A stretch of DNA of 64,000 nucleotides from Planctomycetota bacterium (GCA_044225365.1 JBGAIQ010000009.1:96462-160461), one strand, 5' to 3'; positions 1-10,203 are shown, numbered from the stretch's first letter. Program-made: numbers and translations. Notes: generated by a model from the letters alone, not told the origin.

Positions 1-941
1 ACGTACTCGAGCTTCGACTTCGAGGGCGTCGTGACCGTGGCCGTGCGAGCCGGCGTGGAGCGCAGTTCGAAGGCGCCCGCAGCCGTCGTGACGATCGTCG
101 CGCGCGGATCCGGATGTGCGATCGTGATCGGCGCATTGCGCGTCGACGCGATCCCCGCGAGTCGACCGTCGCTTCCGTACGTGAAGTCCATCGCGAAGCT
201 CGCGTCGGACGCCGCGATCCGGACGAGTCGCCCGTTCTCCACCGTGAGGCCATAGCCGAGATCGTCCGTGACCTCGACCCGCGCGCCCGTCGGCAGCGAC
301 TTCCATACCGCGCTCGTATCGGCCCCCTCGATTCGTACGCGACGCATCTCACCGTCGGTCGTCACGACCCCCGTCGAATGCAGCGCCGATCCGAGATTGC
401 GAACGGAGCACGCCTCGAACACCGCCCCCGCCCGAAGATCTTTCAATTCGAACTCGACGACGTGATCCTTGCGGCGAGCACGAGCGAGCGGCGCGCCTTC
501 GCGCGCCCGTTCGATCGTGAGCCACCAATCACCCTCGTTCTCCTCCGCGCGGCCACGGTACACGCCTTCACCGAAAGAGGGCTCGGCGACGAACTCGACG
601 AGGCGCCCATCGTCGGTGAGCAGTCGCGGCGACTCCCCCCATTCGAGGCGTTGACCGAACGAACGCGTCCATCCCGGTCCGAGTCCCTCGGGGTCGGGAG
701 CGTCGGCGGTCGACGTGTCGTTGTAGTAGAGGACGAAGGGAGTGCGCGGAAGCTGCGTGACGAAGATCATGCCCCCCGTCGCGGGTAGGAGGCAGATCCC
801 GGAGTCCTCGATTGGGTAAGCGACGTCGCTGCCGATCGGGAGCCCGACTCCGCGCGAAGCCGAGCCGAGGTGATCGGCGCCGGACGAGGCCGGAACCGTC
901 GAGCACCACAGTGCGAGTATGCAGGTAAGGAGTGACATCAT
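1..941 (-). CDS. RHS/YD-repeat family protein, N-terminal part (gene runs off the left edge of the window)
   Basis: Not in the ORF track because it has no stop inside the window. The reverse complement from ATG at 941 (second ATG at 938) is preceded by GGAGGAG (complement of 942-950). It reads MMSLLTCILALWCSTVPASSGA (signal-like) ... DPEGLGPGWTRSFGQRLE ... FAMDFTYGSDGRLAGIAS (YD-type repeat) and stays open to position 1. Plus-strand ORFs such as 114-788 are Arg-rich antisense artefacts. Confidence 0.7.
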   Translation of the reverse strand, partial: MMSLLTCILALWCSTVPASSGADHLGSASRGVGLPIGSDVAYPIEDSGICLLPATGGMIFVTQLPRTPFVLYYNDTSTADAPDPEGLGPGWTRSFGQRLEWGESPRLLTDDGRLVEFVAEPSFGEGVYRGRAEENEGDWWLTIERAREGAPLARARRKDHVVEFELKDLRAGAVFEACSVRNLGSALHSTGVVTTDGEMRRVRIEGADTSAVWKSLPTGARVEVTDDLGYGLTVENGRLVRIAASDASFAMDFTYGSDGRLAGIASTRNAPITIAHPDPRATIVTTAAGAFELRSTPARTATVTTPSKSKLEY

Positions 942-952
942 GGCTCCTCCTC

Positions 953-1771
953 TCAGTGTCCTTGCTTCGTCCGAGTGTGTCGGCACTCGCAAGGGCTCTC
1001 GGCCATGTCGAGGAACCCCGCCAAACGGTCCGCATGTTCCTTGATGTCGTTCATTGCCTTCTGCATCGTCGGATGCTCGATGGATGTCGCAGGAATCGGT
1101 TTACCGTCTCGGCCGGGCGCTGTCGGTCCGGTCAAGGAATAACCATCTCCAATGACGGTGACCCGGGTCAGCTTTGGATCCGATGTATCCGGCACGTCGT
1201 GCGTCGGCTGACTCAGCATTCCATTGTGGACGACATCCGCCCACAGCATGATCGTGACGCTGCCGAACTGGTACTGATTCCAGATCTCGTTGATGATTCG
1301 CTTCCTCTGCAGTTCCCATTTCTCCTTCGCGTCGACATACGCCGCCATCGAATCATGCGTCATGAACGACTTGATTCCAGCGAGCGAGTTGAGCGCGTTT
1401 TGTAGGAAACGCTCCACGAAGGAGTACAAGAGCACGGCGTGGACCATTTCGTGGAAGTAGGCGGACTCCGTGATTCCTTTTCCAACCACTCTCAGCGTCT
1501 TATCAGGAGCCATGACGCTGGAATTCAGGGCTGCGATCTGCACCTTGATGCTGAAATCGGAATCTCCCGAGTGGGAGGTCCTCGCGTGATCCGTCTCGGC
1601 CGGATAGCACGGCGGATCCATCACGGGATTCACGTAGACGTACTTCTCGGAGTAGATGTCCACGCTGTCGAGCTCGGTGACGCCAAAGACCAGGCCTCCC
1701 AGCGCCTCCGAGAAGGCGACGCCAGCCAACTTCGGTCGCTGGATCTCACCGAGCACCCGACCGACCGTGCA
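953..1771 (-). other. C-terminal variable tip of the RHS protein: 272-aa putative zinc-metallopeptidase (HExxH) toxin domain
   Basis: This is the sequence after DPSGL. HEMVH is encoded at 1439-1453 (checked by reverse complement: CAC GAA ATG GTC CAC). Local GC drops: hand counts give 32/60 G+C for lines 1441-1500 and 1501-1560, against 41/60 for 3001-3060 in the repeat core. Confidence 0.6.
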
Positions 1772-4700
1772 TAGGCCACTAGGATCGACGAAATCGACCG
1801 GATCGTCGCCGACCCGGCTGTATTCCTTCTGGAGCGAGCTGGCGCGAATCGGATCCGGCTCCACGAACCGGCAATCCTCCGGATCGTACATCCGAGCGCC
1901 GTTCCAGTAGATCCCGTGGTTCGCGTCCCAGCGCATGCCCTGGAACCGGTCGACGTTCCACGTCGCGCCGCTCGTTCCGAGCGAGCCCCCGAAGGGATAG
2001 TACTCGAACCCCGCGGTCGCGAGCGTCGACTCGTCGAGCGTGCGCACCACGCTGCCCGTGATCGGATCGGCGAGCACGACGTGATCGACGCCGGATCGCT
2101 CGGACCAGATCTTCTGATCGATGCCGGTACCGAAATCCTCCTCCTCGAGTACCCAGTTGTTGTAGGAAAGAACGGGCTCGCCGTTGGGATCGAGCGTGAA
2201 GTAACGAATCGTCGAGCCCGTCACGGCACCGAGGATCGAGCCGAACGGATCGCGATAGAACTGGGTGGTGACGGCGCCGGTCGTGAGGGTCGCGATGCGG
2301 CCCCAGGCATCGTAGGTGTAGGTGCGAGTCGAAGCGCCGTTCGATCGCGAGGTCACGCGGCCCGCTGCGTCGTACGCGTACGTCGTCGTTGCGCTACCCT
2401 TCTGTGCCGTGATCAGGCGACTCGCCTGGTCGTAGCCAAAGGTCGTCGTCACGCCGGACTGCGTGGAAGTCGCGATGCGGCCGGCGGCGTCGTAAGTCAG
2501 GCTGGAGGTATACGCATTCGGTCCGGTTCGCTTGCTCGACGCCAGCGCACCGAACGATGTGTAGGTGAACGTCTCGCTGTCGCCCGCCGCGTGATCGATT
2601 TGCGAGACGCGATCTTCGCCATTGTATTTGTAAACGCGGTGCACCAGCGTCGTGCTCGATCGCGCGGCCGAGTAGTCGTTCAGTCGACCGCATCCGTCGA
2701 ATGCGAATCTCTCGTCGACGAGGCCGCGGATCCTTCGAAGCACGATGCGACCGATCGAATCGTACGTAAAGCTCGTCATCGGTTCGGTGATGCTTCCCCG
2801 TACGAGGTCGATCGATGAGATTCGACTCATCGAATCGTAGGAATACGAGAATGCATCGCCGTTCGGAACGACTCGCGCGATGAGGCGCCCTGTCGAATCG
2901 TAGTAATACGAGAACACCTCCCCGAATCCATTGGAGAACGACGTGACCCGCCCCGACGCGTCGTAAGCGTACTGATACCAGGTCGTGCCTTCCTGGATCG
3001 CGGCGAGGCGATCGTGCGCGTCGTACGTGTAACTGCGCGTCGCACCACCGATGCTCGAGCTGGATTGCGTGAGCTTGCCCGAGGCGTCGTAGGCGAAGGA
3101 ATACGTGACACCACCGGGCTCGGTCTGACTCGTGAGTCGACCGTTCGCATCATGCGTGAGGGTGAACGTCTGCGTACCGTGGACGACCGTAGCGAGGTTG
3201 CCGAGCGCGTCGTAGGAATACGACCACGCGAGATCACCGCCGTTCTTCTTGTACGTGAGGCGGCCGAGGGAGTCGTACGCGTACGTCACGGCCGGCGCGC
3301 CGTCGGGGGTCGACGTGAGGGGCTGACCCGCGAGATTGTAGGTATACGAACACCCATACCCCGTCGGATGGACCATGCGCGAAAGTCGGCCGTTCACGTC
3401 GTACGAGTAGGTCGTCGTCAGCACGGTGCTCGTCGACTGGGCAACGGGGTATTTCTTCACGGATACGAGCCGACCGCCCGAATCGTAGGTCTGGTCGATC
3501 CGAATCTCGCTCGAGGTCCCCGGAGCGAGTTTCGATACGGTGAGTCGACCGACGACGTCGTAGGCGAAGGTCGCCACCAGCACGCCGTTCTGCCGGACTT
3601 CCGTGCAGCGCCCCGCCGCATCCCGCGTGTAGGTCGTGGTCACACCGCCGCAGGTCGTGGACACGAGATCCGTGTAGAGGAATTGCGACGTGCTCGGCAT
3701 GGACCCCGAGGCGGCGTGCGACGTCTCGAGCCCTGCGAGGTTGTAGGCGCGTTGCAGTACGACGGCGGGATCGGAGTCGTTCGCGAGGCCATCGCTGTTC
3801 GAATCGATCCAGGGGCCGGTCTCGGTGACGGGGCGGCCCAGCGCATCGCGAGCGACCACGGTCGTCCGACCTCCCGAATCCACCGCGCGCGTGAGTCGGT
3901 CGGCGGCATCGTAGTCGTAGGTCGCCGTGCCGAGACCGAAGTACGTGTGCGACGTCTCCTGGTTCCGCGCTCCGAACGCGACCGACTCCTGCGGAGTCAT
4001 CGCGCCATCGAAAGTGGTCGCCTGGCGATTCAGCGCGTCGAACTGCGCCGCCTCGAGCACCGACGTCTGGTTCGCGATCATGGTCTGAACGCCGGCGAGC
4101 GAGGCGGCGGGACCATGGCGCGAAACGACGTTGCCCGACGCGTCGTAGCGGTTGCCGATCCACGTGACATTGCTCGACGTCGTGCGGATTCCCTGCGCTT
4201 CGATCCGTCCGGCGGAGTCGTACGACGTGAATTCGCTGCCGAGCGCGGTCGAGACTCCCGGGCGCGTGACTTTGATCACGCGATGCTGCGAATCGTAGTC
4301 GAAGTACGTGACGAGACCGTTGGGATCGGTCTCCGAGATCTTGTCGTGCGTCGCGTTGTAGGACCGGAACGTGATCGCGCCGGCCTCATTGCGGATCTGG
4401 ACCAGGTCGCCGTTCGAGTCGTAAGTGAATTGGCGATATTGACCCGCGGTGATCATCGCCTGAACGTCGGTCTGCGTGAACGCGGGTCCCGCGCTCTGGA
4501 TCACGCGCCCCATCGAATCGAGCGTGTCGAGGGTGATGCCCCCGCGGAAATCGGTCGTCATCGTCCGATTGCCCGCGAGATACGCGAAGGTCCAGGTGTA
4601 CGTCTCGGTGCCATTCGTCGCGGTCCGTGACGCGAGGCGACCCATCGAATCGTAGGTGTACGACTCGGTCAGCGCCCCGCCCTGGCGACTGTGGCTCGTC

Positions 4701-4978
4701 ACTCGGTACTGCGCATCCCACGTCCAGTTCTCGATCTGCCCACCGGGATGCGTCGCCTGCTGCAGGAGCGAGTAGCCGCCGGAATACGTGTACGTGTAGT
4801 TGTGCGTCTGAGCGGCGAGTTCCGCCGGATTCGGCACCGGACCGTACACCGGTCCACGGTGCTGGGTCACGTTGCCGAAGGCGTCGTACTGGAAGTCCTC
4901 GTAGAGTGATTGGGCGCTGGCAATTCCCGCCAGCGACATGGCTGCGGCGAAGAGCGAGACGGGGAGACGGAGCGACAT
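953..4978 (-). CDS. RHS/YD-repeat protein with signal peptide and C-terminal variable toxin domain
   Basis: 1341-aa ORF. The N-terminus MSLRLPVSLFAAAMSLAGIASAQS is signal-like. It has many YD-type repeats (YTYDSMGRLASR, YDALGNLATV, YAYDASGRVTS, YTYDAWGRIATL). The core ends with RMYDPEDCRFVEPDP...DFVDPSGL, the Rhs core boundary (DPSGL encoded at 1772-1786). Confidence 0.9.
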   Translation of the reverse strand: MSLRLPVSLFAAAMSLAGIASAQSLYEDFQYDAFGNVTQHRGPVYGPVPNPAELAAQTHNYTYTYSGGYSLLQQATHPGGQIENWTWDAQYRVTSHSRQGGALTESYTYDSMGRLASRTATNGTETYTWTFAYLAGNRTMTTDFRGGITLDTLDSMGRVIQSAGPAFTQTDVQAMITAGQYRQFTYDSNGDLVQIRNEAGAITFRSYNATHDKISETDPNGLVTYFDYDSQHRVIKVTRPGVSTALGSEFTSYDSAGRIEAQGIRTTSSNVTWIGNRYDASGNVVSRHGPAASLAGVQTMIANQTSVLEAAQFDALNRQATTFDGAMTPQESVAFGARNQETSHTYFGLGTATYDYDAADRLTRAVDSGGRTTVVARDALGRPVTETGPWIDSNSDGLANDSDPAVVLQRAYNLAGLETSHAASGSMPSTSQFLYTDLVSTTCGGVTTTYTRDAAGRCTEVRQNGVLVATFAYDVVGRLTVSKLAPGTSSEIRIDQTYDSGGRLVSVKKYPVAQSTSTVLTTTYSYDVNGRLSRMVHPTGYGCSYTYNLAGQPLTSTPDGAPAVTYAYDSLGRLTYKKNGGDLAWSYSYDALGNLATVVHGTQTFTLTHDANGRLTSQTEPGGVTYSFAYDASGKLTQSSSSIGGATRSYTYDAHDRLAAIQEGTTWYQYAYDASGRVTSFSNGFGEVFSYYYDSTGRLIARVVPNGDAFSYSYDSMSRISSIDLVRGSITEPMTSFTYDSIGRIVLRRIRGLVDERFAFDGCGRLNDYSAARSSTTLVHRVYKYNGEDRVSQIDHAAGDSETFTYTSFGALASSKRTGPNAYTSSLTYDAAGRIATSTQSGVTTTFGYDQASRLITAQKGSATTTYAYDAAGRVTSRSNGASTRTYTYDAWGRIATLTTGAVTTQFYRDPFGSILGAVTGSTIRYFTLDPNGEPVLSYNNWVLEEEDFGTGIDQKIWSERSGVDHVVLADPITGSVVRTLDESTLATAGFEYYPFGGSLGTSGATWNVDRFQGMRWDANHGIYWNGARMYDPEDCRFVEPDPIRASSLQKEYSRVGDDPVDFVDPSGLCTVGRVLGEIQRPKLAGVAFSEALGGLVFGVTELDSVDIYSEKYVYVNPVMDPPCYPAETDHARTSHSGDSDFSIKVQIAALNSSVMAPDKTLRVVGKGITESAYFHEMVHAVLLYSFVERFLQNALNSLAGIKSFMTHDSMAAYVDAKEKWELQRKRIINEIWNQYQFGSVTIMLWADVVHNGMLSQPTHDVPDTSDPKLTRVTVIGDGYSLTGPTAPGRDGKPIPATSIEHPTMQKAMNDIKEHADRLAGFLDMAESPCECRHTRTKQGH

Positions 4979-5096
4979 CGGGAATCCTCGAAGCGGTGGC
5001 GATGGTCGGGACCACCTGGGACGAGCGAGGATGCCGCGGCGACGTCACGCGGGATTCACGACTTTTTTTCCGTCCGTGGACGCCGCGGCGAACCGA

Positions 5097-8000
5097 TCAG
5101 GAGCGAAGAACGCGATCGGCCTCGCGCACGACGGCTGCGTTGAACAGATCGCTGGTCAGGAACGCCTCGCGCCGCTGGGCGTCCTCGATTCCCGTACTGC
5201 GCTCGAGCACGAGGTCGCGTGCCCGCACGAGGAACTCGCGAGCCTCGTCCTCACGATCGATCGCCTTCAGGCAGCGATAGTGGATGAACGACAGCTCGGC
5301 CTGGCGCTTCCTCGCGGCCTGGTGCGTCTCCAGGAACTTCATGCCCTTCTTGCTGACGGCGAGGGCGAACTTGGACTTGCCCTGCGCGAGGTAGGCGACG
5401 GCGAGCGCGGCGTAGGCGTAGGCCTCCTGTCGCGCAAGCTCGTACTTCTGCGCGATCGCCACGCCCGAGGCGGCATACGTCGCGGCGACGGCGGGGTCGC
5501 GCTCCGGATTCTGATTCGCGATGAAGAGGAGGGCGAGGGCGACGTGCGTGTACACCTCGAACGGCGCATCCGAGGTCATCTTGAACAGATCGAGCGCGCG
5601 TTCGAGGCGGGCCCTTGCTTCGGCATGGCGACGCGCTCGCATCGCGAGTTCGCCAGAGACGTACAGCGCGCGAGCCTTCAACGCCTGATCGGAGTTGGCC
5701 TCGGCGATCGTGAGCGCCGCGTCCGCGGACTTCTCGGCGCGTTCGAGGTCGCCGAGCTCGCGATAGGTCCTTGCGAGCTGAAAGAACGCGCGGCCCCGAC
5801 CGCGTTGATCCTCGAGTCGCTCGAAGAGCGCGAGGGCCTGCTTCTGCGTCTCGAGGGCGAGCTCGAGACGATCCGTCGCGAGATAGAGCTGGCCGAAGAT
5901 GAGGAAGCCGTAGGCGCGTCCCAGCTCGTCCCCCGCCGCAGCGGCGAGTTCGTCGGCACGCTTCAATTCGTCGTCATAATCGGTCTGACCGAGCGTCTCG
6001 AGCACGGCGGCCTCGACGCGGAGCGAGCGCGCCTCGAGCGCGAGATCACCCGCACGTCGCGCCGCCTCGCGCGAACGCTCGCAATGCTGCAGCGCCGCGA
6101 ACACGCGGCCGGTGGACGAGTCGTACGCAGCGAGTTCGACCTCGACCTGCGCGATGCGTCGATCGTCGTTGGCCGTGAGCGCTACGCGGGCGGCGGAGCG
6201 CAGCAATTCGCCCTGCCGCGCGCGCTGTCCCAGATGACCGTAGACCGAAGCCGCGCCGAGGAAGAGGGCCACGCGATCCGAGGCGACGATCGTGGCATCG
6301 TCGTCGGAAACCTGCGACAGGTGGTCGAGCGCCTTGTCGGCGAGCCGCTGCGCTCGCTCGTGGAGGTTGCGGTCCTCGCAGAAGTCCACGGCACCGATCA
6401 GATACCTGGCGGCGCGCGAGTGCGCCTCCGCGAAGGAGAAGTGGATGCCGGCTTCGTAGTTCGCGCGCGTCGCGGCGTGCGGGTCGGTGGACGACCGCGC
6501 GTGGATCTGCGCGACCGTCAGGTGATATTCGCGACGCAGGGCGGGATCGATCCCGAGGTACACCCGTTCACGCAGCAAGTGATGATCGAAGCGGTAGGCG
6601 TCGTCGAACGATCGAACGAGGTGATAGCGCTGGGTCAGTCGCGAGAGAACCTCGGAGGCCTTGAGGAGGTCGAGCCCGAGTCCCTCGATGACCGGCTCGG
6701 GTTTGAATCGCGCGCCGAACACCGACGCGAATTCGAGGAAGCGCTTCGCTTCGGCATCGATGTCCTCGAGCCTTCGCGCGAGCAGGTCGAGCACCGATTT
6801 CGGCAACGGCAGGCGCTTCAGCTCGGCGGGCTTGATCGAGCGCAGCTTGCCGCGCCGTTCCAGGTCGTCGATCAGCGCGAACAGGAAGCCGGGATTGCCT
6901 TCGCTCGCTTCGTGGAGGCGCTTGCCGAGAGATTTCAGGAGCGCCGGCGGAACGCCGACGTCCCGCAGCACGGAGCGGACGGCGGTGTCGTCGAGCCGCT
7001 CGAGCGTGACGTGGAGCGCTTCCTTCAGCTCGAACAGCTTCTTGAAGAACGGCGCCGACGGCGGCTCGCCCGGCATCGTCTCGGCGAGTGCGCTCTCGCG
7101 GGCCGTGAGCACGATGGCGATCGGGAACACCGCGAGCGTCGAGGCGAGTGCGAGCAAGGCGCGGAGCGAACCGCGATCGGCCCACTGGATCTCCTCGATC
7201 ACGAGGAAGATCGGCGAGCGCACCGACAGCGTGCGCAGGACCTCCGCGTACAGCGCGGGGACGGCTTCCGGCGGCAGTTGCTTCGCTGCCGAAGAACCGG
7301 CGAGCGCGCTCGCGCCCGGCGCATTCGTCCCGCCGGATGCGACGCCCGCGCCGCCTTCACCGAGAACGAGGGAAGCGAAAGCGTCGGCGAAGACGCGGCG
7401 CTCGGGCAGGTTCTCGCGCAACTTCTCGGCGAGCACGCGCGTGCGATCGGCGCGCGGGACCGCGTCGACGCCGAGGGCCATCAGCAGCGCCTCGTTCAGT
7501 GCGTAGTACGGCGTCGCTGCCGCTTGATCGAGGAAGCGCGAGACGAGGACCTGCGCGCCGAGCGGCTCGATCTCCTCGGACTCGAGTGCGCTATCGATGA
7601 GGCGCGATTTGCCGATCCCGGTCTCGCCGGTGACGACGACGACCCGTCCGCTCCGCGCGACGGCGGCCGTGCGCAATGCGTCGACGAGCGCGCCGCGCGC
7701 GGCGTCCCGTCCGTAGACCCGAGTCGCACGACGCACGCGCAATCGTCGCCGCGAACGCGACAGGTGCGCCTCCATGGCTTCGCCCTCGACGTAGGCCTTC
7801 CACCAGTCCGATTCCTCGCGTTCCTCGAGGATGCGAAGGAGGCGCGATGCCGGCTGGAGACGCCGCGCCGGGTCTTTCTCGAGCGCCTGCGCGACCACCC
7901 GCTCGAAGAAGTACGAAACGTCGGGCGCGAACGCCGAGACGGGACGCGGGACGAGCCTCGTCTGATTCGCCATCGTCGACGGCAGATCGGGACCGTGGAA

Positions 8001-8762
8001 CGGATTGAATCCCGTGAGGCACTCGTAGGCGGTGACGCCGAGCGAGTAGAGGTCGGTCGCCTTGCCGATCGGCCCGCTCGCGATCTGCTCGGGCGACGAA
8101 TACGCGGCGCTGCCGACGAACGTGCCGGGCAGCGAGATCTCCGTCCCCGGCTCCACGAGCCGCGAGAGTCCGAGATCGACGATGTGGAGATGGTCCTCGG
8201 CGTCGAGGAACAGGTTCCCGGGTTTGATGTCCCGGTGCAGGATGTCGTGCTCGTGGAGCGCCGCGAGCGCCGCGACGCCCTGTCGATAGACGTGGAACGC
8301 TCGGCTCTCGCTCATCCTCCCGTCGTCGTCGAGGACCTTCGAGAGCGTGCGCCCTCGCAGATACTCCATGACGATGAAGTGGAGCGTCTCGCCGCCCACC
8401 TTCTCGCTGCCGACGTCGTAGGTCGCGACCACGTTCTCGTGCTTGATCGCGAGGCCGACCCCGGCTTCGCGTTTGAATCGCCGGAGGATGTCCTCGTCGG
8501 CCGCGAGGTGCGGATGCAGGATCTTGAGCGCGACCTCGACGCCCACGCGCAGACCCTTCTTCGCCTTCACCACCTCGGCGAGGAAGACCGTTCCCATGCC
8601 GCCCGCGCCAAGGCGCTTGACGACGCGGTAGTTCTTGATGGTCTTGCCCTCGAGATCGTTCACGCACGTACTTTCGTTGTCAGGATCGAAGCTGGCGATT
8701 ATAGTCCGTGGCAGCGTAGGGCAAGCGTAAGCGATTGCGAGCGCGCTTTTAACGCACAGCAA
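5097..8762 (-). CDS. Ser/Thr protein kinase fused to a P-loop NTPase (STAND-like) and TPR repeats
   Basis: Kinase motifs are LGAGGMGTVFLAEV, ALKIL, HRDIKPGNLFLD, DLGLSR and GSAAYSSPEQ. A P-loop (VVVTGETGIGKSRL) follows, then a long helical-repeat C-terminal half. The true start may be GTG at 8663 (VNDLEGKTIKNYRV), which leaves a 112-nt divergent intergenic region with cysS. Confidence 0.85.
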   Translation of the reverse strand: MLCVKSALAIAYACPTLPRTIIASFDPDNESTCVNDLEGKTIKNYRVVKRLGAGGMGTVFLAEVVKAKKGLRVGVEVALKILHPHLAADEDILRRFKREAGVGLAIKHENVVATYDVGSEKVGGETLHFIVMEYLRGRTLSKVLDDDGRMSESRAFHVYRQGVAALAALHEHDILHRDIKPGNLFLDAEDHLHIVDLGLSRLVEPGTEISLPGTFVGSAAYSSPEQIASGPIGKATDLYSLGVTAYECLTGFNPFHGPDLPSTMANQTRLVPRPVSAFAPDVSYFFERVVAQALEKDPARRLQPASRLLRILEEREESDWWKAYVEGEAMEAHLSRSRRRLRVRRATRVYGRDAARGALVDALRTAAVARSGRVVVVTGETGIGKSRLIDSALESEEIEPLGAQVLVSRFLDQAAATPYYALNEALLMALGVDAVPRADRTRVLAEKLRENLPERRVFADAFASLVLGEGGAGVASGGTNAPGASALAGSSAAKQLPPEAVPALYAEVLRTLSVRSPIFLVIEEIQWADRGSLRALLALASTLAVFPIAIVLTARESALAETMPGEPPSAPFFKKLFELKEALHVTLERLDDTAVRSVLRDVGVPPALLKSLGKRLHEASEGNPGFLFALIDDLERRGKLRSIKPAELKRLPLPKSVLDLLARRLEDIDAEAKRFLEFASVFGARFKPEPVIEGLGLDLLKASEVLSRLTQRYHLVRSFDDAYRFDHHLLRERVYLGIDPALRREYHLTVAQIHARSSTDPHAATRANYEAGIHFSFAEAHSRAARYLIGAVDFCEDRNLHERAQRLADKALDHLSQVSDDDATIVASDRVALFLGAASVYGHLGQRARQGELLRSAARVALTANDDRRIAQVEVELAAYDSSTGRVFAALQHCERSREAARRAGDLALEARSLRVEAAVLETLGQTDYDDELKRADELAAAAGDELGRAYGFLIFGQLYLATDRLELALETQKQALALFERLEDQRGRGRAFFQLARTYRELGDLERAEKSADAALTIAEANSDQALKARALYVSGELAMRARRHAEARARLERALDLFKMTSDAPFEVYTHVALALLFIANQNPERDPAVAATYAASGVAIAQKYELARQEAYAYAALAVAYLAQGKSKFALAVSKKGMKFLETHQAARKRQAELSFIHYRCLKAIDREDEAREFLVRARDLVLERSTGIEDAQRREAFLTSDLFNAAVVREADRVLRS

Positions 8763-8775
8763 ACGGCAAAACCCA

Positions 8776-10203
8776 GTGATCCGCTTCTACAACACACTTT
8801 CGCGTCAGATCGAGGAGTTCGTCCCGCAGGAGAAGGGCAAGGTCCGCATGTACAACTGCGGCCCGACCGTCTACTCCAACCCCCACATCGGGAACTACCG
8901 CGCCTATGCGTTCTGCGATCTCCTGCGCCGCGTGCTCGAGATGGCGGGTTACTCCGTCACCCAGATCATGAACATCACGGACGTCGGGCACCTGCGCGAC
9001 GAGCGCAACGACGCCGGCGACGACCGGATGGAAGCGGCCGCGCGCGCGGAGCGGGTCGATCCGCAAACGATCGCGAAGCGCTACACCGATGAGTTCTTCG
9101 CCGGTCTCGAACTGCTCGGCATTCGCCGAGCGCACGAGCATCCGCGCGCTTCCGACAACGTGAAGCAGATGATCGAGATCATCGAATCGTTGATCGCGAA
9201 GGGCTTCGCCTACGTCGTCGATCACGAGGTCTACTTCGACGTGCCGAAGTTCCACGGCTACGGCAAGCTCTCCGGCAACGTCGGCGAAGAGGTCGAAGCC
9301 GGCGCTGGCGAGCGCGTCGCCGCCTCGGTCCTCGCGAAGAAACACGACAAGCGCGACTTCGCGCTGTGGAAGCACGATCCCGCGCATCTCCAGCAATGGG
9401 ATTCACCGTGGGGCCGCGGATTCCCGGGCTGGCACATCGAATGCTCGGCGATGGCGCGCCGCTATCTCGGCGACACGCTCGACATCCACACCGGCGGCAT
9501 CGACAACATGTTCCCGCACCACGAGTGCGAGATCGCGCAGAGCGAGGCATTCACGGGCAAGCCGTTCGTGCGCTACTGGCTCCACGCGGCGCACCTCGTG
9601 CTCGAAGGCGAGAAGATGTCGAAGTCGCTCGGCAACGTCCTGTTGCCGAGCGACCTCGTGAAGGACGGCGTGCCGGCGCGCGCGATCCGGTTCTACTTGC
9701 AGTCGGTGCACTACCGGCAGCCGATGAACTTCACGCGCGAAGAGTTGAAAGCGAAGTCCGCCGCGCTCGAGCGACTCCTCAACTTCTACGACGACATGCG
9801 GCATCGCGAGAAGAGCGGGAGCGACGCGCCGGTCACGGATTCGTTCCGCGCGCTCGTCGACACGGCCGCCGCACGCTTCCGCGATTGCCTCTACGACGAC
9901 CTCAATTCGTCCGGCGCGCTCGGTGCGATCTTCGAGATGATGAACGCCGTGAACGCGGCGTCGCCCGGAAAGGTCGGCGCCGCCCTCGTCACGAAGTTCC
10001 TGCGCGAGGCCGACTCGATCCTCGGCGTGCTGCCAATGGACACGCTCGATCTCGAATCGGAGATCGAAGCGAAGATCGCGCAGCGCGAAGCGGCGCGGAA
10101 GGCTCGCGATTTCAAGCTCTCCGACTCGATCCGCGACGAACTGCTCGCGCGCGGCATCACGCTGCTCGACACACCGCAAGGCGTGCGTTGGCGCAAATCT
10201 TGA
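8776..10203 (+). CDS. cysS: cysteine--tRNA ligase
   Basis: GTG start. Motifs are [18 protein letters not shown] (HIGH-type) and KMSKSLGN (KMSKS), with the expected overall class I CysRS layout. Confidence 0.95.
   Translation: MIRFYNTLSRQIEEFVPQEKGKVRMYNCGPTVYSNPHIGNYRAYAFCDLLRRVLEMAGYSVTQIMNITDVGHLRDERNDAGDDRMEAAARAERVDPQTIAKRYTDEFFAGLELLGIRRAHEHPRASDNVKQMIEIIESLIAKGFAYVVDHEVYFDVPKFHGYGKLSGNVGEEVEAGAGERVAASVLAKKHDKRDFALWKHDPAHLQQWDSPWGRGFPGWHIECSAMARRYLGDTLDIHTGGIDNMFPHHECEIAQSEAFTGKPFVRYWLHAAHLVLEGEKMSKSLGNVLLPSDLVKDGVPARAIRFYLQSVHYRQPMNFTREELKAKSAALERLLNFYDDMRHREKSGSDAPVTDSFRALVDTAAARFRDCLYDDLNSSGALGAIFEMMNAVNAASPGKVGAALVTKFLREADSILGVLPMDTLDLESEIEAKIAQREAARKARDFKLSDSIRDELLARGITLLDTPQGVRWRKS

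Noticed and set aside
932-1405. 157-aa plus-strand ORF overlapping the RHS toxin tip, considered as a possible immunity gene
   Set aside because: It lies entirely antisense inside the toxin-coding region, is Arg-rich, and has no RBS or independent support. Immunity genes normally follow the toxin on the same strand.
5040-5075. T7 run (5063-5069) between the kinase stop and the RHS start
   Set aside because: On the coding (minus) strand it is an A-run, so it cannot serve as a terminator U-tract. On the plus strand there is no gene to terminate, and the upstream stem is weak (5 bp, 9-nt loop, 10-nt spacer).
4938-9092. 1384-aa plus-strand ORF, the longest ORF in this region
   Set aside because: It lies antisense to the kinase-STAND-TPR gene and runs into cysS. 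Its composition is Arg/Glu/Leu/Gly-rich with no motif, whereas the opposite strand carries complete kinase and P-loop motifs. This is a typical stop-codon-poor antisense frame in a high-GC genome.
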